A stretch of DNA of 63,838 bases, counting the filler, from Octopus bimaculoides (lineage: Eukaryota): NCBI RefSeq assembly GCF_001194135.2. It is 8 parts of 8 records of this genome, joined end to end, with 100 filler letters (N's around TTAATTAATTAA, not from the genome) between each part and the next. Parts side by side here need not be neighbours in the genome. Positions count along the whole stretch, not along the records: positions 24,343 to 36,448 come from NC_068997.1; positions 36,549 to 44,737 come from NC_069007.1; 6 more parts are not named here. One strand, 5' to 3'. Under the pieces are notes generated by a model, which saw only the letters and a program-made list of their open reading frames with translations, ran no database searches and was not told the origin of the DNA. Made by a program: the position numbers and the translations under genes. Of the stretch, positions 26,265 through 39,084 are shown piece by piece (position 1 is the stretch's first letter; every line of letters starts with the position of its first letter).

Positions 26265-27725
26265 AGGCTAAAAACCACCCTAACAACATCTCCATCAATG
26301 GCCTATCTGTTTCTCCAATATCTGATGAGGAATCCTACAGATACCTGGGAGTAGATGAAAACGTATCATATGAAGGTACCTGTAACAAGGAACGTGTTAC
26401 TAAGGAATACAGAAATCGGGTTAGGAAAATATGGACCTCGGAACTCTCTGTGTTCAATAAAGCAATAGTCCACAATGTGTTTGCAGTACCAGTACTCATA
26501 CCGACATTTGGGATACTTGACTGGACGATCGNNNNNNNNNNNNNNNNNNNNNNNNNNNNNNNNNNNNNNNNNNNNNNNNNNNNNNNNNNNNNNNNNNNNN
26601 NNNNNNNNNNNNNNNNNNNNNNNNNNNNNNNNNNNNNNNNNNNNNNNNNNNNNNNNNNNNNNNNNNNNNNNNNNNNNNNNNNNNNNNNNNNNNNNNNNNN
26701 NNNNNNNNNNNNNNNNNNNNNNNNNNNNNNNNNNNNNNNNNNNNNNNNNNNNNNNNNNNNNNNNNNNNNNNNNNNNNNNNNNNNNNNNNNNNNNNNNNNN
26801 NNNNNNNNNNNNNNNNNNNNNNNNNNNNNNNNNNNNNNNNNNNNNNNNNNNNNNNNNNNNNNNNNNNNNNNNNNNNNNNNNNNNNNNNNNNNNNNNNNNN
26901 NNNNNNNNNNNNNNNNNNNNNNNNNNNNNNNNNNNNNNNNNNNNNNNNNNNNNNNNNNNNNNNNNNNNNNNNNNNNNNNNNNNNNNNNNNNNNNNNNNNN
27001 NNNNNNNNNNNNNNNNNNNNNNNNNNNNNNNNNNNNNNNNNNNNNNNNNNNNNNNNNNNNNNNNNNNNNNNNNNNNNNNNNNNNNNNNNNNNNNNNNNNN
27101 NNNNNNNNNNNNNNNNNNNNNNNNNNNNNNNNNNNNNNNNNNNNNNNNNNNNNNNNNNNNNNNNNNNNNNNNNNNNNNNNNNNNNNNNNNNNNNNNNNNN
27201 NNNNNNNNNNNNNNNNNNNNNNNNNNNNNNNNNNNNNNNNNNNNNNNNNNNNNNNNNNNNNNNNNNNNNNNNNNNNNNNNNNNNNNNNNNNNNNNNNNNN
27301 NNNNNNNNNNNNNNNNNNNNNNNNNNNNNNNNNNNNNNNNNNNNNNNNNNNNNNNNNNNNNNNNNNNNNNNNNNNNNNNNNNNNNNNNNNNNNNNNNNNN
27401 NNNNNNNNNNNNNNNNNNNNNNNNNNNNNAGAAGACTACAGATTCAAGCCATCAATGGAACTGTAAAGATATGTAAAACTTTCCAAACATTTAGCACATA
27501 AATACATATACATGCATCTAGACATAAAAACGCATCCATAAAACAAACATACAAATCTGCGCATACACTAACACCAAATACTGCACACACACACATATGC
27601 ACAAATACCTAGATGATGTTGATAAAAGTTCCAATGAAGGAGCCTTGAATCTATGTTAGAGTCTGGCTCTTTCTCTATGGACAAGAAATACAGAAATGAA
27701 ACTGATTGATAACATAAATACATAT
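26265..27725 (+). mobile_element. 5'-truncated R4/Dong LINE spanning a gap
   Basis: YRYLGVDEN...NKERVTKEYRNRVRKIWTSELSVFNKAIVHNVFAVPVLIPTFGILDWT before the gap; RLQIQAINGTVKICKTF* plus 3' UTR after it. Begins immediately after (TACA)n. Confidence 0.85.
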
Positions 27726-27959
27726 ACACACATTTAGTCTTTCTATGCTGTGTTATAGACATTGTGTGCTTCTCATATGTGCTTGCCTTCTTGTATGCAT
27801 ATATATAGTATGTAATGTATATATCATAATACATCACATTATATCCATAGAGTGTCAAGGATGTGTCTGTAACCAGGAGCAGAAAAAAATATCACGTCAT
27901 ACTTTATTTGGTTTCCACAGTGAATGTATGCAGTGATAAATCTTGTGGTGTATTTTCTT

Positions 27960-28310
27960 TGCTTACTGAAAGAATCAGATGCTTACGAAAAAGGTGGGAT
28001 GAAACGTTTGGGTGCAGCTGATGATTTTGCCTGGCTGATTGGACAGTCAATCTGTTTTGGTGACCGTACTTTTTGGCACTGGAAACAAGTGCACGCATTC
28101 ACCTCTTGACTTACCTAAGTTGGCTTCATATTCTTTTCTTTCATTCATCTCAACAGGAACTTACAAAATATTCTTTAAAATGGTGGTCACCAGAATAAGA
28201 AATAGTCTTATCTTTACAGAAAAATATATAATACAGTGTCACACACTGTTATTCAGAGCCTCTGTTATATCTGCACTTCTGCATGCAAATCTGGATAAGA
28301 TTATTTGAGA
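27960..28310 (+). mobile_element. Ancient RTE-type LINE RT remnant
   Basis: GAADDFAWL (cf. LFADDAAL) and LLFRASVISALLHAN (cf. VYRACVLSTLLYGSE). Confidence 0.4.
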
Positions 28311-28901
28311 AGGACTAGTTGTAGCCCATGCATGCAAGCCTCCCCTTCTCCATGCCATCAATGTTTATCCAAAAGAAAAACTGCTTCTTCTGTTTTGGTT
28401 CTTTAAAGCATAATAGAATTATGACAGTTTCCTGTAATTTTACCAAGGAGGGGAGAAATGGGCTGTTATCCCAGGCAATGGGGCAGCACTTTTGGTACTG
28501 CTGTATAAGCCTGTATAGTTGGCAAGGTGGGATGATGGGAAGGCAGCAGCTAACTCAAGGGCTGTTTCAATTGGTACATACTTTAGCTGTGCCCCTTTAT
28601 ACAGTTCTTTGTATTTCTATTGAACTTTGAAGGTGTTTGGAAGTAGATAGCAGACGAGGCAGTGCTCACTATGATCTGTTTCTCCATATTCATAGGTGGT
28701 TTGGGCTGGTCTTGTAGCCTTATCTGACCAAAGCAACTTTTGATTAGTTTAAGGTCAAGCAACTGACAAGCAAATCTGGAGTACTGAGTAAAATATTTGC
28801 TGTAACCTGTCTTTTACACCAAGAAAAAACATTTCCAGTTAGCTGAGATCAGAAACCACGAGAGCCACTGCTTGGTCCTGCATCGGGGCATTTTTAATTA
28901 T

Positions 28902-29349
28902 TGTTGTGATGAGAGTCACGACGCCCCCTTGTGAGAAATAGCCTGGACTGAGTGATTATAAATAGTAGCAGTCAGAGTGAAGTTTGTGTGTTAGTTTGAT
29001 CTGAACTTGCACTGAATTCATAAGAGTCGGTGTGTTAGTTCGAACTGAACTTGCACTGAACCCGTAATCTGCCATAATGGTAGTTGTTTGAGTTACTGTG
29101 TGTTCATTCTGTCGCTAGAATGTGGTAGGGGTTCAATTTCCCTGCTCACAATATATCGGATGCAACTGTGCAGTGTTAACCAGCTAGAGGAGATGTCTTT
29201 TTGGGGTTAAAAAATCGCAGTAAAATCCATTCAAATGAAAAACAAAAGTGCTTAGTACAACCAAAAACAAGAGTATTAACAAGAGCGCTTAGTACAATTG
29301 AAAACAAGAATGCTAACAAGAGTACTTAGGAAATAATTATGTTACAACA
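28902..29349 (+). mobile_element. LTR of a Gypsy element
   Basis: Starts TGTTGT, ends ACAACA (6-bp terminal IR, TG...CA); internal ~34-bp and ~36-bp duplications; followed by PBS and gag. Confidence 0.7.
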
Positions 29350-29351
29350 TC

Positions 29352-29361
29352 TGGTGATGAG
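29352..29361 (+). promoter_or_regulatory. Primer-binding site TGGTGATGAG (CpG-decayed TGGCGACGAG, tRNA-Ser-type)
   Basis: 2 nt after the LTR end; differs from TGGCGACGAG only at two CpG positions. Confidence 0.65.
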
Positions 29362-29416
29362 TATTTCGAAGCTCACGTAGATTATTTTACAATTTGTTCA
29401 TGAAACAACTTGTTAA

Positions 29417-30043
29417 ATGATGGAAGACCTATTAGCTTCTATAATACAGTTGCAAAAGCAATAAAAAGAACAGCAACAGGAGTTGTAGAAGCAACTAGTA
29501 CAGCAACAACAACAATTTTTGGAGCTATACACAGAGAAGTCTGAAAATGCAGTAAGTTTGTTTTCGCCAGAAGCGTATCGAACTCCGTAAACAAAATTCA
29601 GTTATAATCCAGAGGAAGGCTTAAATTTTGCAGCGTACTACAGAAGGTATGAGATTTTTAAGCAAGATTGCAAGACATAGCCAGACAAAGAAAAAGTAAA
29701 GTTATTATCATGTAATTTAGCTCCGTCTGAGCATGAACGATACTGTAATTTCATATTGCTCAAAAAGTCTAGTGAAATTTGTTTTCAGGAAACTATCAAA
29801 TTACTGTCTCACATGTTCGGTGATAAAACTTCTCTATTTAACATTCGAATGGAGTGCTGGAATTTAACTAAAAAAGAGGATAATAACTTTATTATGTATG
29901 CAAGAACAGTCAACAGAATGTATGAAAGTTTTAAATTTAAAGAACTTACACCTGAAATGTTTAAGTACCTCATTTTTGTACAAGGCCTTACAGAAAATGA
30001 AGATACAGAAATACCAGCAAGATTTCTTTCAAAACTTGAACAG
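29417..30043 (+). pseudogene. Gypsy (K02A2.6/Mag-like) gag, disrupted
   Basis: MEDLLASII...FSYNPEEGLNFAAYYRRYE...SEHERYCNFIL...FGDKTSLFNIRMECWNLTK...FKYLIFVQGL...RFLSKLEQ, with stops and a frameshift. Confidence 0.85.
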
Positions 30044-30222
30044 GCAAATAATTCATACAGGAACTTTATTGTTGTCATTGCTGTTAGTTTATTGCACCTG
30101 CATACCTCTGACCACTTTGTACCACTATCAACAACGATTAGATAGTATGCGCCATTCACCTGTCCAGTGTAGTCAATATGTACCCTGGACCATGGACTAT
30201 CTGTTTCAAGCACCCAGTCAAC
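30044..30222 (-). pseudogene. Gypsy integrase core fragment, inverted relative to gag
   Basis: PWSRVHIDYTGQVNGAYYLIVVDSGTKWSEVCRCNKLTAMTTIKFLYELFA, an rve-domain N-terminal part. Confidence 0.9.
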
Positions 30223-30227
30223 ACTGT

Positions 30228-30529
30228 TAAGTGGTTGGTGTTCGGAAGGGCATCCAGCTGTAAAAACCTAACCAAAACTGACCTCGCATGTGTTTGTGCC
30301 ACATAATAAGCACTACTCACCTTGCCTGTGCTTGTACCATGTAAGGAGTACTAAATCCACTCTACTGAGTAGTTGGTATTAGGAAGGGCATCCAACTGTA
30401 AAAATTCTGCCAAAACCGTTACAGAAGTCTGGTGCAGGCTTCTGTCTGTCTGGCTCTTGTGAAACCATCCCACCATTGCTAGCATGGAAGGCAGACGTTA
30501 TATGGTGATGATGATGATGATGATGATGA

Positions 30530-30530
<1 letters not shown>
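30228..30530 (+). mobile_element. SINE family C (ends gcatggaaggcagacgtt + (GAT)n)
   Basis: ggttggtgttcggaagggcatccagctgtaaaa occurs twice; (GAT)n tail. Confidence 0.8.
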
Positions 30531-30581
<51 letters not shown>

Positions 30582-30877
30582 GTGTGTGTGTGTGTCCACA
30601 TATATACACACACATACACACACACAAGCACACGAACATACAGATAGCTGTTTTGGATAATTTTTATTTTAATAATTATGTTTACAAAGAATGATTCTGA
30701 TATGAGTTTTGAGCTTCAAATAGCCATTTCAAATCTGGAAAATGTATGTTTTACACGTTGTTTAAATAGCAAATTTTTTTTCTTACAAGTATACACACAA
30801 AAGACATATACACATTTTTTGTGCATATTTTTTCAAATATATGATACTGTACCAAGGACTTTCTTTTTCTTATTCTA

Positions 30878-30930
<53 letters not shown>

Positions 30931-31693
30931 GATACACACATGTACAAATACACAATAGATGTGAGGTGCCAGCTGTTATAGTCATAAAGAATACTATCCA
31001 ACGCTATGGCTTTGGTATTGAACAATGTTTTACCCTGCTGATCCATACTAGCATATTCTATATACATTCATTGTATATATTTATATAGATTGATATGTAT
31101 GTATATTTATACGTTTGCTTATTTGTGTATGTGCATGTATATACATACACACATACACATATATATGCATCTATGCATATATATATGTGTGTGTGTGCAT
31201 GTGTGTGTGTATACATATATATACACACATGTATGTTTGAATCTCTAGTCATATTGTAACGTATCTCTAAATCAATAAAGAGATTAACTTTTATATCCCC
31301 CCCCCCCATCTTCATTCTCTCAGTCTGTTAATCAGATTAGGATTAATTAATATATTAGCTGAAACTAGTGTGAGATTTAGCTCACTCTCTATGCTTGTTA
31401 TTCTACGTCACTTTCAGCTTTATTAGAGTGACAGCTGGCAGAGTTGATTGTGTGTCAGCTTACAACCACTTGCCAGGTCAACGGTTCTCAGACTAACACA
31501 CCTGACACCTTATACTACATCAACACACACTGTCCACAGAACACATATACACCCAGTCTTGTTGATAATAGCCCAGTTCATGTAGCTGTACATGTGTACC
31601 ATTTTAGAACATGTCCCTGCTGTAAACAGTATGTATGTATGCATGTATGTATGTATGTATGTATGTATGCATGTATGTATGTATGTATGTATG

Positions 31694-31747
31694 TCATTAT
31701 TCAGTTTTATTTCAAGATTTCTTGCCAATAGAAAAAGAGCCGGTTTC
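31694..31747 (-). mobile_element. Extremely 5'-truncated (~55 bp) R4/Dong LINE 3' terminus embedded in (TATG)n
   Basis: Reverse complement of the 46300-46350 3' end (gaaatcttgaaataaaactgaataatgac); (TATG)n on both sides. Confidence 0.75.
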
Positions 31748-31769
31748 ATGTGTGCATGTATGTATGTAC

Positions 31770-31935
31770 AGCTGGATGCTCTTCCTGTTGTCAACCCTCA
31801 TCTGTTTCTAAGCAAGGTAATATATTTGCCCATGGCCAAACATATGTCTCTGCAAAATATTGAAAATGAAGAACACTGATTGTTTGACAGCGATACGCAT
31901 TTACAACTGCTACACAATGTCAAGACAAGGAGGCA
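31770..31935 (+). repeat. Unclassified interspersed repeat (related copy ~34760-34945)
   Basis: Shared ggatgc...ctgtttc(t/c)aag(c/t)aag...acaatgtcaagacaa. Confidence 0.55.
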
Positions 31936-31941
31936 CTAACA

Positions 31942-31981
<40 letters not shown>

Positions 31982-32359
31982 AATACACACACACACACAC
32001 ACACACATACACGCACGTAACTTATAGTGATAATAACCCCCACTTTTGCTTGGTTTGTGAGCATTACAGCAGACTTCTATTTTTAGAATATCAGGTATTA
32101 AGATTTTGCTCTCAAAATTCTTTCAAAATGCTAATGTTTTTATATTTTACTTACCTCCTTTTACCATTCTTTAGTATCTTACAGTATATTTTTAATTCTC
32201 TGAATTTTTTCCAAAAATTTTGTAATTTTTTTTTCTAAATTACATATTTTAAATCTATTATATTATGAATCTGCAGAAGAAAATTTATCAGAAAAACCAA
32301 TTTTCCATTAACAGGAGCAGAGTTGTTGGGAATTATATATAGACAGGTGCTTGGAGGGA

Positions 32360-32429
32360 AAACAACAACAACAACAACAACAACCATAATAGCAACAACA
32401 AAATCAACAGTGACAACAACAGCAACTGC

Positions 32430-32462
<33 letters not shown>

Positions 32463-32532
32463 AAGAAGAAGAAGAAGAAGAAGAAGAAGAAGAAGAAGAA
32501 GAAAAACAAGAACAAGAAGGAAAAGAACATAG

Positions 32533-32566
<34 letters not shown>

Positions 32567-32724
32567 GCAGTAGCAGCAGCAGCAGAAACTACATCAGCAG
32601 CATCATCATCATCCCCATCATGATCATCATTGTCACAATCAACAGCAGCTGCAACAACAACAGCAACAATAGCAACAACAACAATAAGACCATCAGCAAG
32701 AACATCAACAACAACATTGCCACC

Positions 32725-32756
<32 letters not shown>

Positions 32757-32769
32757 CAACAACAACAGC

Positions 32770-32806
<37 letters not shown>

Positions 32807-32870
32807 TCAGCAACAACAACATCGACAATGATAACAAAAGCAATAACAACATCAATAATAAAAACAACAA
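32360..32870. repeat. Compound trinucleotide block (ACA)n/(AGA)n/(CAG)n/(CAT)n
   Basis: Direct reading. Confidence 0.95.
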
Positions 32871-33016
32871 ATTTAGATGATTTTTTTCTCCATTTATTCC
32901 TGGAATACATTTCCAATTTCCAAAGAATGATGATGTTCTTTATGTTATTGTAAAGAGTGTGCATATGGCACATGGCCATAGTGTTTGTATTTGTTGAACA
33001 TTGAGTATTGGCACAG

Positions 33017-33165
33017 CCATGGCTGTGTGGTATAAGAGGTTTGCTTTCTGGTAACTTCGTTCCAGGTTCAGTTTTACTCTGTGGTACATTGGATAAGTGT
33101 CTTCTTCTACTATAGCCAGTCTTGAATGACCAAAGCCTTGAGAGTGGATTTCACGAGAGAGAAAC
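33017..33165 (+). mobile_element. SINE family B, 5' half
   Basis: catggctgtgtggtataagagg...gaccaaagccttgagagtggattt. Confidence 0.7.
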
Positions 33166-33292
33166 TTTCACCTTGTGCCACAATACACCAGTCCCAGCAT
33201 TCCTGCCACTTTTAGAATCTGGCCTAGAAGTCATTTTCCATAAGCGAGTCAATGTTGATGATGATGATGATGATATATATATNNNNNNNNNN

Positions 33293-33319
<27 letters not shown>

Positions 33320-33323
<4 letters not shown>

Positions 33324-33457
33324 AAGGCATCAAGCAGCAGAAACCATGGAAAAGCTAACAGTAGAGCTTGGCGCAGAACTCTGGCCTTGCAATTTCTTGT
33401 TAAACTGTCCAACCCATGCCAGCATGGAAAACAGACATTAAGTGATGATGATGATGA
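33320..33457 (+). mobile_element. SINE family C, 3' part
   Basis: aactgtccaacccatgccagcatggaaaacagacattaag + (GAT)n. Confidence 0.8.
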
Positions 33458-33600
33458 CGCTCTTCGAAACGCCGGTGTTAAAACGGGGGTAGCTGATGAA
33501 GTAGAATGTTCTCTATGTGGCTTGTGTGTTTTCTCGTCCACGTTTTGTTTACAATGTCCTGTACCCAGATATGCACCTATACATACAGGTGGATGTCGGT
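33458..33600 (+). repeat. Diverged, 5'-truncated third copy of the 2024/2912 element
   Basis: tcttCGAAACGc...agCTGATGAA...gtggct...gtcctgtacc..gatatgca.ctat is colinear with copies A and B. Confidence 0.7.
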
Positions 33601-33650
33601 ACGCACATACCTGTACGTATATATGCATATACTCATTTACTATTTGTTTT

Positions 33651-33688
<38 letters not shown>

Positions 33689-33732
33689 NNNNNNNNNNNN
33701 NNNNNNNNNNNNNNNNNNNNNNNNNNNNNNNA

Positions 33733-33905
33733 CACTCTCGGAGTGGTTGGCGTTAGGAAGGGCATCCAGCTGTAGAAATTTTGCCAAATCAGATTGGAGC
33801 CTGGTGTAGCCATCTGGTTTCACCAGTCCTCAGTCAAATCGTCCAACCCATGCTAGCATGGAAAGCGGACGTTAAGCGATGATGATGATGATGATGATGA
33901 TGATG
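33733..33905 (+). mobile_element. SINE family C
   Basis: acactctcggagtggttggcgttaggaagggcatccagctgtag...gcatggaaagcggacgttaa(GAT)n. Confidence 0.9.
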
Positions 33906-33909
33906 ATAC

Positions 33910-33955
<46 letters not shown>

Positions 33956-34415
33956 AGATACTTGCATGCTCATATATTTATAGAGTAGTAATCAAGAGAA
34001 CAAATGAATCAATGAAGAAAATGAAAATAACAAAAACAATAAACACACATCGTAAAATAATTCACAGAATAGAAAATACACATCAATGTACAAAAAAAAA
34101 GCCATGCAGTCGGACAAACACAACTGTAACAACAACAACAACAATAACAAACAAAATCACCCACGCCTTGCTTTCTGTTATTTATTAATTATCATTAGTT
34201 GATTAAGCATCAGAGGCTGAGATTTAACGCCCCCTAGTTCTTCATTTAGCTGTAGCAGTTGGTTGCAGTAAGGCTTCAGCTTCTAACAAAGATCTAATTA
34301 GCTCTAATTTTTTTTATTTATTTATGGGCATTAATTACATTATTTATATTAGCTGAAATACAATATGAATGATGAAACCTTTCCTTGAAACCAGTTTTTT
34401 CTAAACTAGTTGCAA

Positions 34416-34450
<35 letters not shown>

Positions 34451-34604
34451 AGTATGTGTGTATGTGTACGTGTGTGTTTATGTGTGTGTATATGTATGTG
34501 TATGTATATGTATATATATATATATATATATATACATACATATATATATACATACATGCATACATATATATATGTACACATACATGCATATACATATGCA
34601 CACA

Positions 34605-34640
<36 letters not shown>

Positions 34641-35017
34641 TATATATTCAGTTGTATTTTACTGGATACTCAGTGTCCAGAACAACATTCAATATGTGTG
34701 AGTGTGTATGTATATATCATCATCATCATCATCATTGTTCTAATGTACACATTCCATGTTTGTGTAGAGGGCAGATAGAATTCGTTGAAACAGATTTTCT
34801 ATGGCCAGATGCTTTCATTCCATTGACCCTAAACTGTTTCCAAGTAAGATATTTCCACATGATTGAACATATTTTTGCAAAAGATTGGAAAGAAATGGCA
34901 CTGCTTGTATCACGGTTATTCTTGTTTAAAAGACAATGTCAAGACAAAGCAGCCCACACAGACACACGCACACACACACACATGCACACACACACACGCA
35001 CACACACACACACACAT

Positions 35018-35051
<34 letters not shown>

Positions 35052-35121
35052 CATATATACGTATATATATACNNNNNNNNNNCACATGCACACACACACA
35101 CGCACACACACACACACACAT

Positions 35122-35155
<34 letters not shown>

Positions 35156-35189
35156 CATATATACGTATATATATACACATATACTGACT

Positions 35190-35365
35190 TGGTCCAGTGT
35201 CATGTAGAAGCGCCTGTGTGGCACCACATAGAACTGTTCATGCAGCACTATGTAAAACTGCACAGTGCCACATGAAAGTGCCCATGCGGAGCCATGTACA
35301 AGCACACCGGAACACATGCCAGCATGGAAAGCTGACGTTAAACGATGATGATGATGATGATGATG
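35190..35365 (+). mobile_element. SINE family C-related 3' part
   Basis: catgccagcatggaaagctgacgttaaac(GAT)n. Confidence 0.6.
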
Positions 35366-35373
35366 ATATATAC

Positions 35374-35458
<85 letters not shown>

Positions 35459-36403
35459 TGCATGTATGTGTGTATATATGTCTGTATGTATGTATATGTA
35501 TATGTATTTGTATACATGCATATGTTATTAATAAGGTGTCAAAACTGTGATGATTTTAGGTTGATGACTGATGTGGGGTGAGCATATCCACATCCTTTGT
35601 GTGTGTGTTTCTTTTTCTGCTTTGTATATGTTCAAGTGTCAGTCTTCTGTGCCACATTATATACATATGCACTCGCACATACAAACATGCAAGAATAAAT
35701 GTTTATGCATTTACAGTTTTATTTTAAATAGACAGAGGTAGACAGGTATACATATTCAAACAGTCATAGATAGATAGATATATAGATAGATAGAGGGGAA
35801 GTGGGGGAGGAATTGAGAATTTGGTTATGTGGTGGATGTTTAGTTGTTTACAGTAAGATAAAGGTTAGAAGAGATAAGAATTAAACAAAATAACAAATAA
35901 AAAATATAAAATAAATAAAGAAAAAGAAAAGCAAAACAATTCGAATAAATGAAGCCTTTTCTAGTTTTTCTTTCTAGGTTAGAGAGGAAGTTAATAGAGA
36001 AGACAGTAAGGGGAGACAATTGAAGAGAACAACGTTAAGGAGGTAAACAGATTTGTAAACTGAGTGTTTGGTTTACGGGTAGGCATTGTTAGTATGTACT
36101 GGGAGAAGCTGGTATGGAGAGAATTTGCCAAAATAGATTGAATTCAGTGTGACAACATCAGCAGAGTGGTGGTGGTGGTGCTGGTTCTGGTTATGGTTTA
36201 ATGATGTAGCATGTTCTGCTAATAGCATGACTGTTATACAAATATATACACACACTGCACACATACACATGATGACTACATATATAAACACCACACAGTG
36301 GCTACATATATGTATATGTGCATGTGTGTGAGTGTGTCTCTGTGTGTATGTATATGTATAGATATTTATGCATATATGCATGTATATATATGTGTGTGTA
36401 TGC

Positions 36404-36448
<45 letters not shown>

Positions 36449-36548
36449 NNNNNNNNNNNNNNNNNNNNNNNNNNNNNNNNNNNNNNNNNNNNTTAATTAA
36501 TTAANNNNNNNNNNNNNNNNNNNNNNNNNNNNNNNNNNNNNNNNNNNN

Positions 36549-36599
<51 letters not shown>

Positions 36600-36644
36600 A
36601 TATGTATATATATATATGTATATATATATATGTATGTATGTACG

Positions 36645-36860
36645 TGTTTGTGATTTGTGTCTGTGTTTGTCCCCCCACCATCACTTGACAACCGATGTTG
36701 CTGTGTTTATGTCCCCGTCAGCTAGCAGTTTGGCAAAAAGTGAACGATAGAATAAGTTCTAGGCTTACAAAGAATAAGTTCTGGGGTCGATTTGTTCGAC
36801 TGAAGGTGGTGCTTCAGCATGGCCACAGTCAAGTGACTGAAACAAGTAAAAGGATAAAAG
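36645..36860 (+). mobile_element. SINE family B, 3' half
   Basis: gatagaataagttctaggcttacaaagaataag...cagcatggccacagtcaagtgactgaaacaag. Confidence 0.85.
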
Positions 36861-36886
36861 AATATATGTATGTATGTATGTATATA

Positions 36887-36919
<33 letters not shown>

Positions 36920-36962
36920 ATATGTATGCATGTATGCATGTATGTATGTATATATGTATGTA

Positions 36963-37025
<63 letters not shown>

Positions 37026-37784
37026 ATATGTATGTATGTACGTATGTATATATGTATGTATGTATGTATATTTCTATGTGTGTATGTATGTATGTATGTA
37101 TGTATGTATATATGTATGTATGCATGTATGCTTATTTACATACATAATGTATATGTTTATATTTTGTGTTGACAGAAAAAGAATGACGCATGAAAAAAAA
37201 AGAATTGCATGGAGGTGGAATTGAAAGTGGTGATAGGTGTGTTACAGGACATATGGGTGGGATAGGGGTGAATGCATAGCAAATAGATAACTCACAAGAA
37301 TAACAAAGACTGGCAAGACAATGAAATGAAAGAAATTTATGATAGTAGAGGGGAGACTCGTGTGACTAAGTTGAAGTTTATGAGGAGCAAGCGGTTGGGG
37401 TGGGGCGCTTGGAAAGGACAGATGAATAAAAGTGGATGTGGTGGGGGGGAAAACATGTTATGCATAATAAGGCTTGCTAGGTGGCGACCCCTCCTGAGAG
37501 CAGTGTATGATGCACTGATGGATGTGTTTTTCACCCACCCCAATCAGTATTAGTTGGTGAAGGGCTGAAGTAACATTGTCGAATAGTATGGAAGTTACGC
37601 TTCGTTGGTGCATGTTCAGTGGCATATCCTAATCAGGAGTAGTCTTGTGTGCTGGTGCACCAAAACAACAATGGTGCAGCAGGAGCAGCAAAATGAGTAC
37701 AATGATGAAAAATGACGATTATTAAGTCAACAGGGGCCTCAGAAATGCAATATGGGATAGATGAAAAGACCCTAAAATTTGAGG

Positions 37785-37950
37785 CCGGTGATTTTACGTC
37801 CCTGTAACTTAGCAGTTTGGCAAAAGAGACCAATAGAATAAGTACTAGGGTTACAAAGAGTAAGTACTGGGATCGATTTGCTTGACTAAAGGCGGTGCTC
37901 CAGCATGGCCACAGTCAAATGACTGAAACAAGTACAAGAGTAAAGAGAGT
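37785..37950 (+). mobile_element. SINE family B, 3' part
   Basis: gtccctgtaacttagcagtttggcaaaagagacc...gactgaaacaag. Confidence 0.85.
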
Positions 37951-38074
37951 ATATAAACACACACATATATATAGGCATATATATATATATATATAATTTT
38001 TAACAGTGAAGCTTGAAGTGGATAGTGCTATAAAGTTATAATATGTCACACTATTGAGTGTGTAGTTGTATGTA

Positions 38075-38982
38075 CAAGGGGATGACCAAAAGTAACCAGA
38101 AACATTCTCTGTGGGACAAGCCCATTGTTGTTCAGGCTTCCACCACTAGAACCCACTTGATGCAACCCTGAGGCATCATTTTTCCAACAAGCATTGTCGT
38201 CTGAAGTCATACTGTCACATGGCACATCTTTGCTTTGCAGTGCTTCTCACATGTTTGTCAATTTTTGCAATGGCTGAAATAAAGGAACAGCATGCTTCCA
38301 TGAATTTCTGTTTTCTGCAGGAGAAAACAGTGGCCGGAACAGTTGTCATGCTTCCAACAACTTACAAGGACACTGCTATGAGCAAAAGATAAGTTTATGA
38401 GTGGTTTCCATGCTTTAGGAATGGTCACTGATCGTTTGAAGACCAACCTCATTCAGGACAACCGTCAACCTCCTGAACGAATGAAAACATCATGAAAATT
38501 TGTGAACTGATCTTGGAAGACGATCACTGAACAATTGATGAACTCGTTGCTATGACTGGTGTGTCCTGGAGCTCCTGCCAATGAATTTCGAGTGAGGAAT
38601 TGCGAATGAAAAGAGTTGCAACAAAATTTGTGCCTTGCTTGCTAACGGAAGATTAAAAGCAGTCACGACTGAAAGGGTGTCATGAACTGAAAGGAGAGTT
38701 GAAAGTTGGTCTGGACCTTTTTTTGAAGGTCATCACTGGTGATGAAAGCTGGAGCCATGAAATTTGCAGATGTGGAAGAGGTGAAGAAAAAAACGACAGA
38801 GGAATTAAAAGGCATCACTTCGCAAGAGTTCCAGCACTGCTTTGGATAGTGGAAAACGCAACTGGACCAATGCACTGCTTCAGATGGAGAATACTTTGAA
38901 GGTGATAAAAGTGTAAAACATGTAAAACTAAGTGAATAAAATAAAATTGCAAAATTCCGGTTTCTTTTGGGTACCCATCTCG
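38075..38982 (+). mobile_element. Internally deleted mariner with both TIRs and TA duplication
   Basis: TA at 38073-74 and 38983-84; imperfect ~27-bp TIRs (caaggggatgaccaaaagtaaccagaa / ttccggtttcttttgggtacccatctcg). From ATG 38270: MAEIKEQ...VYEWF...KRVATKFVP...VITGDESW, joined directly to FADVEEVKKK...DGEYFEGD; multiple stops. Confidence 0.9.
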
Positions 38983-39084
38983 TATATGAATATATATCTA
39001 TTTCTCCACCTATCTGTCTGTCTATCTATCTATCTACCAATCCATCTTTCTCTCTCTCTCTCTCTCTCTGTATATATATAAAGT

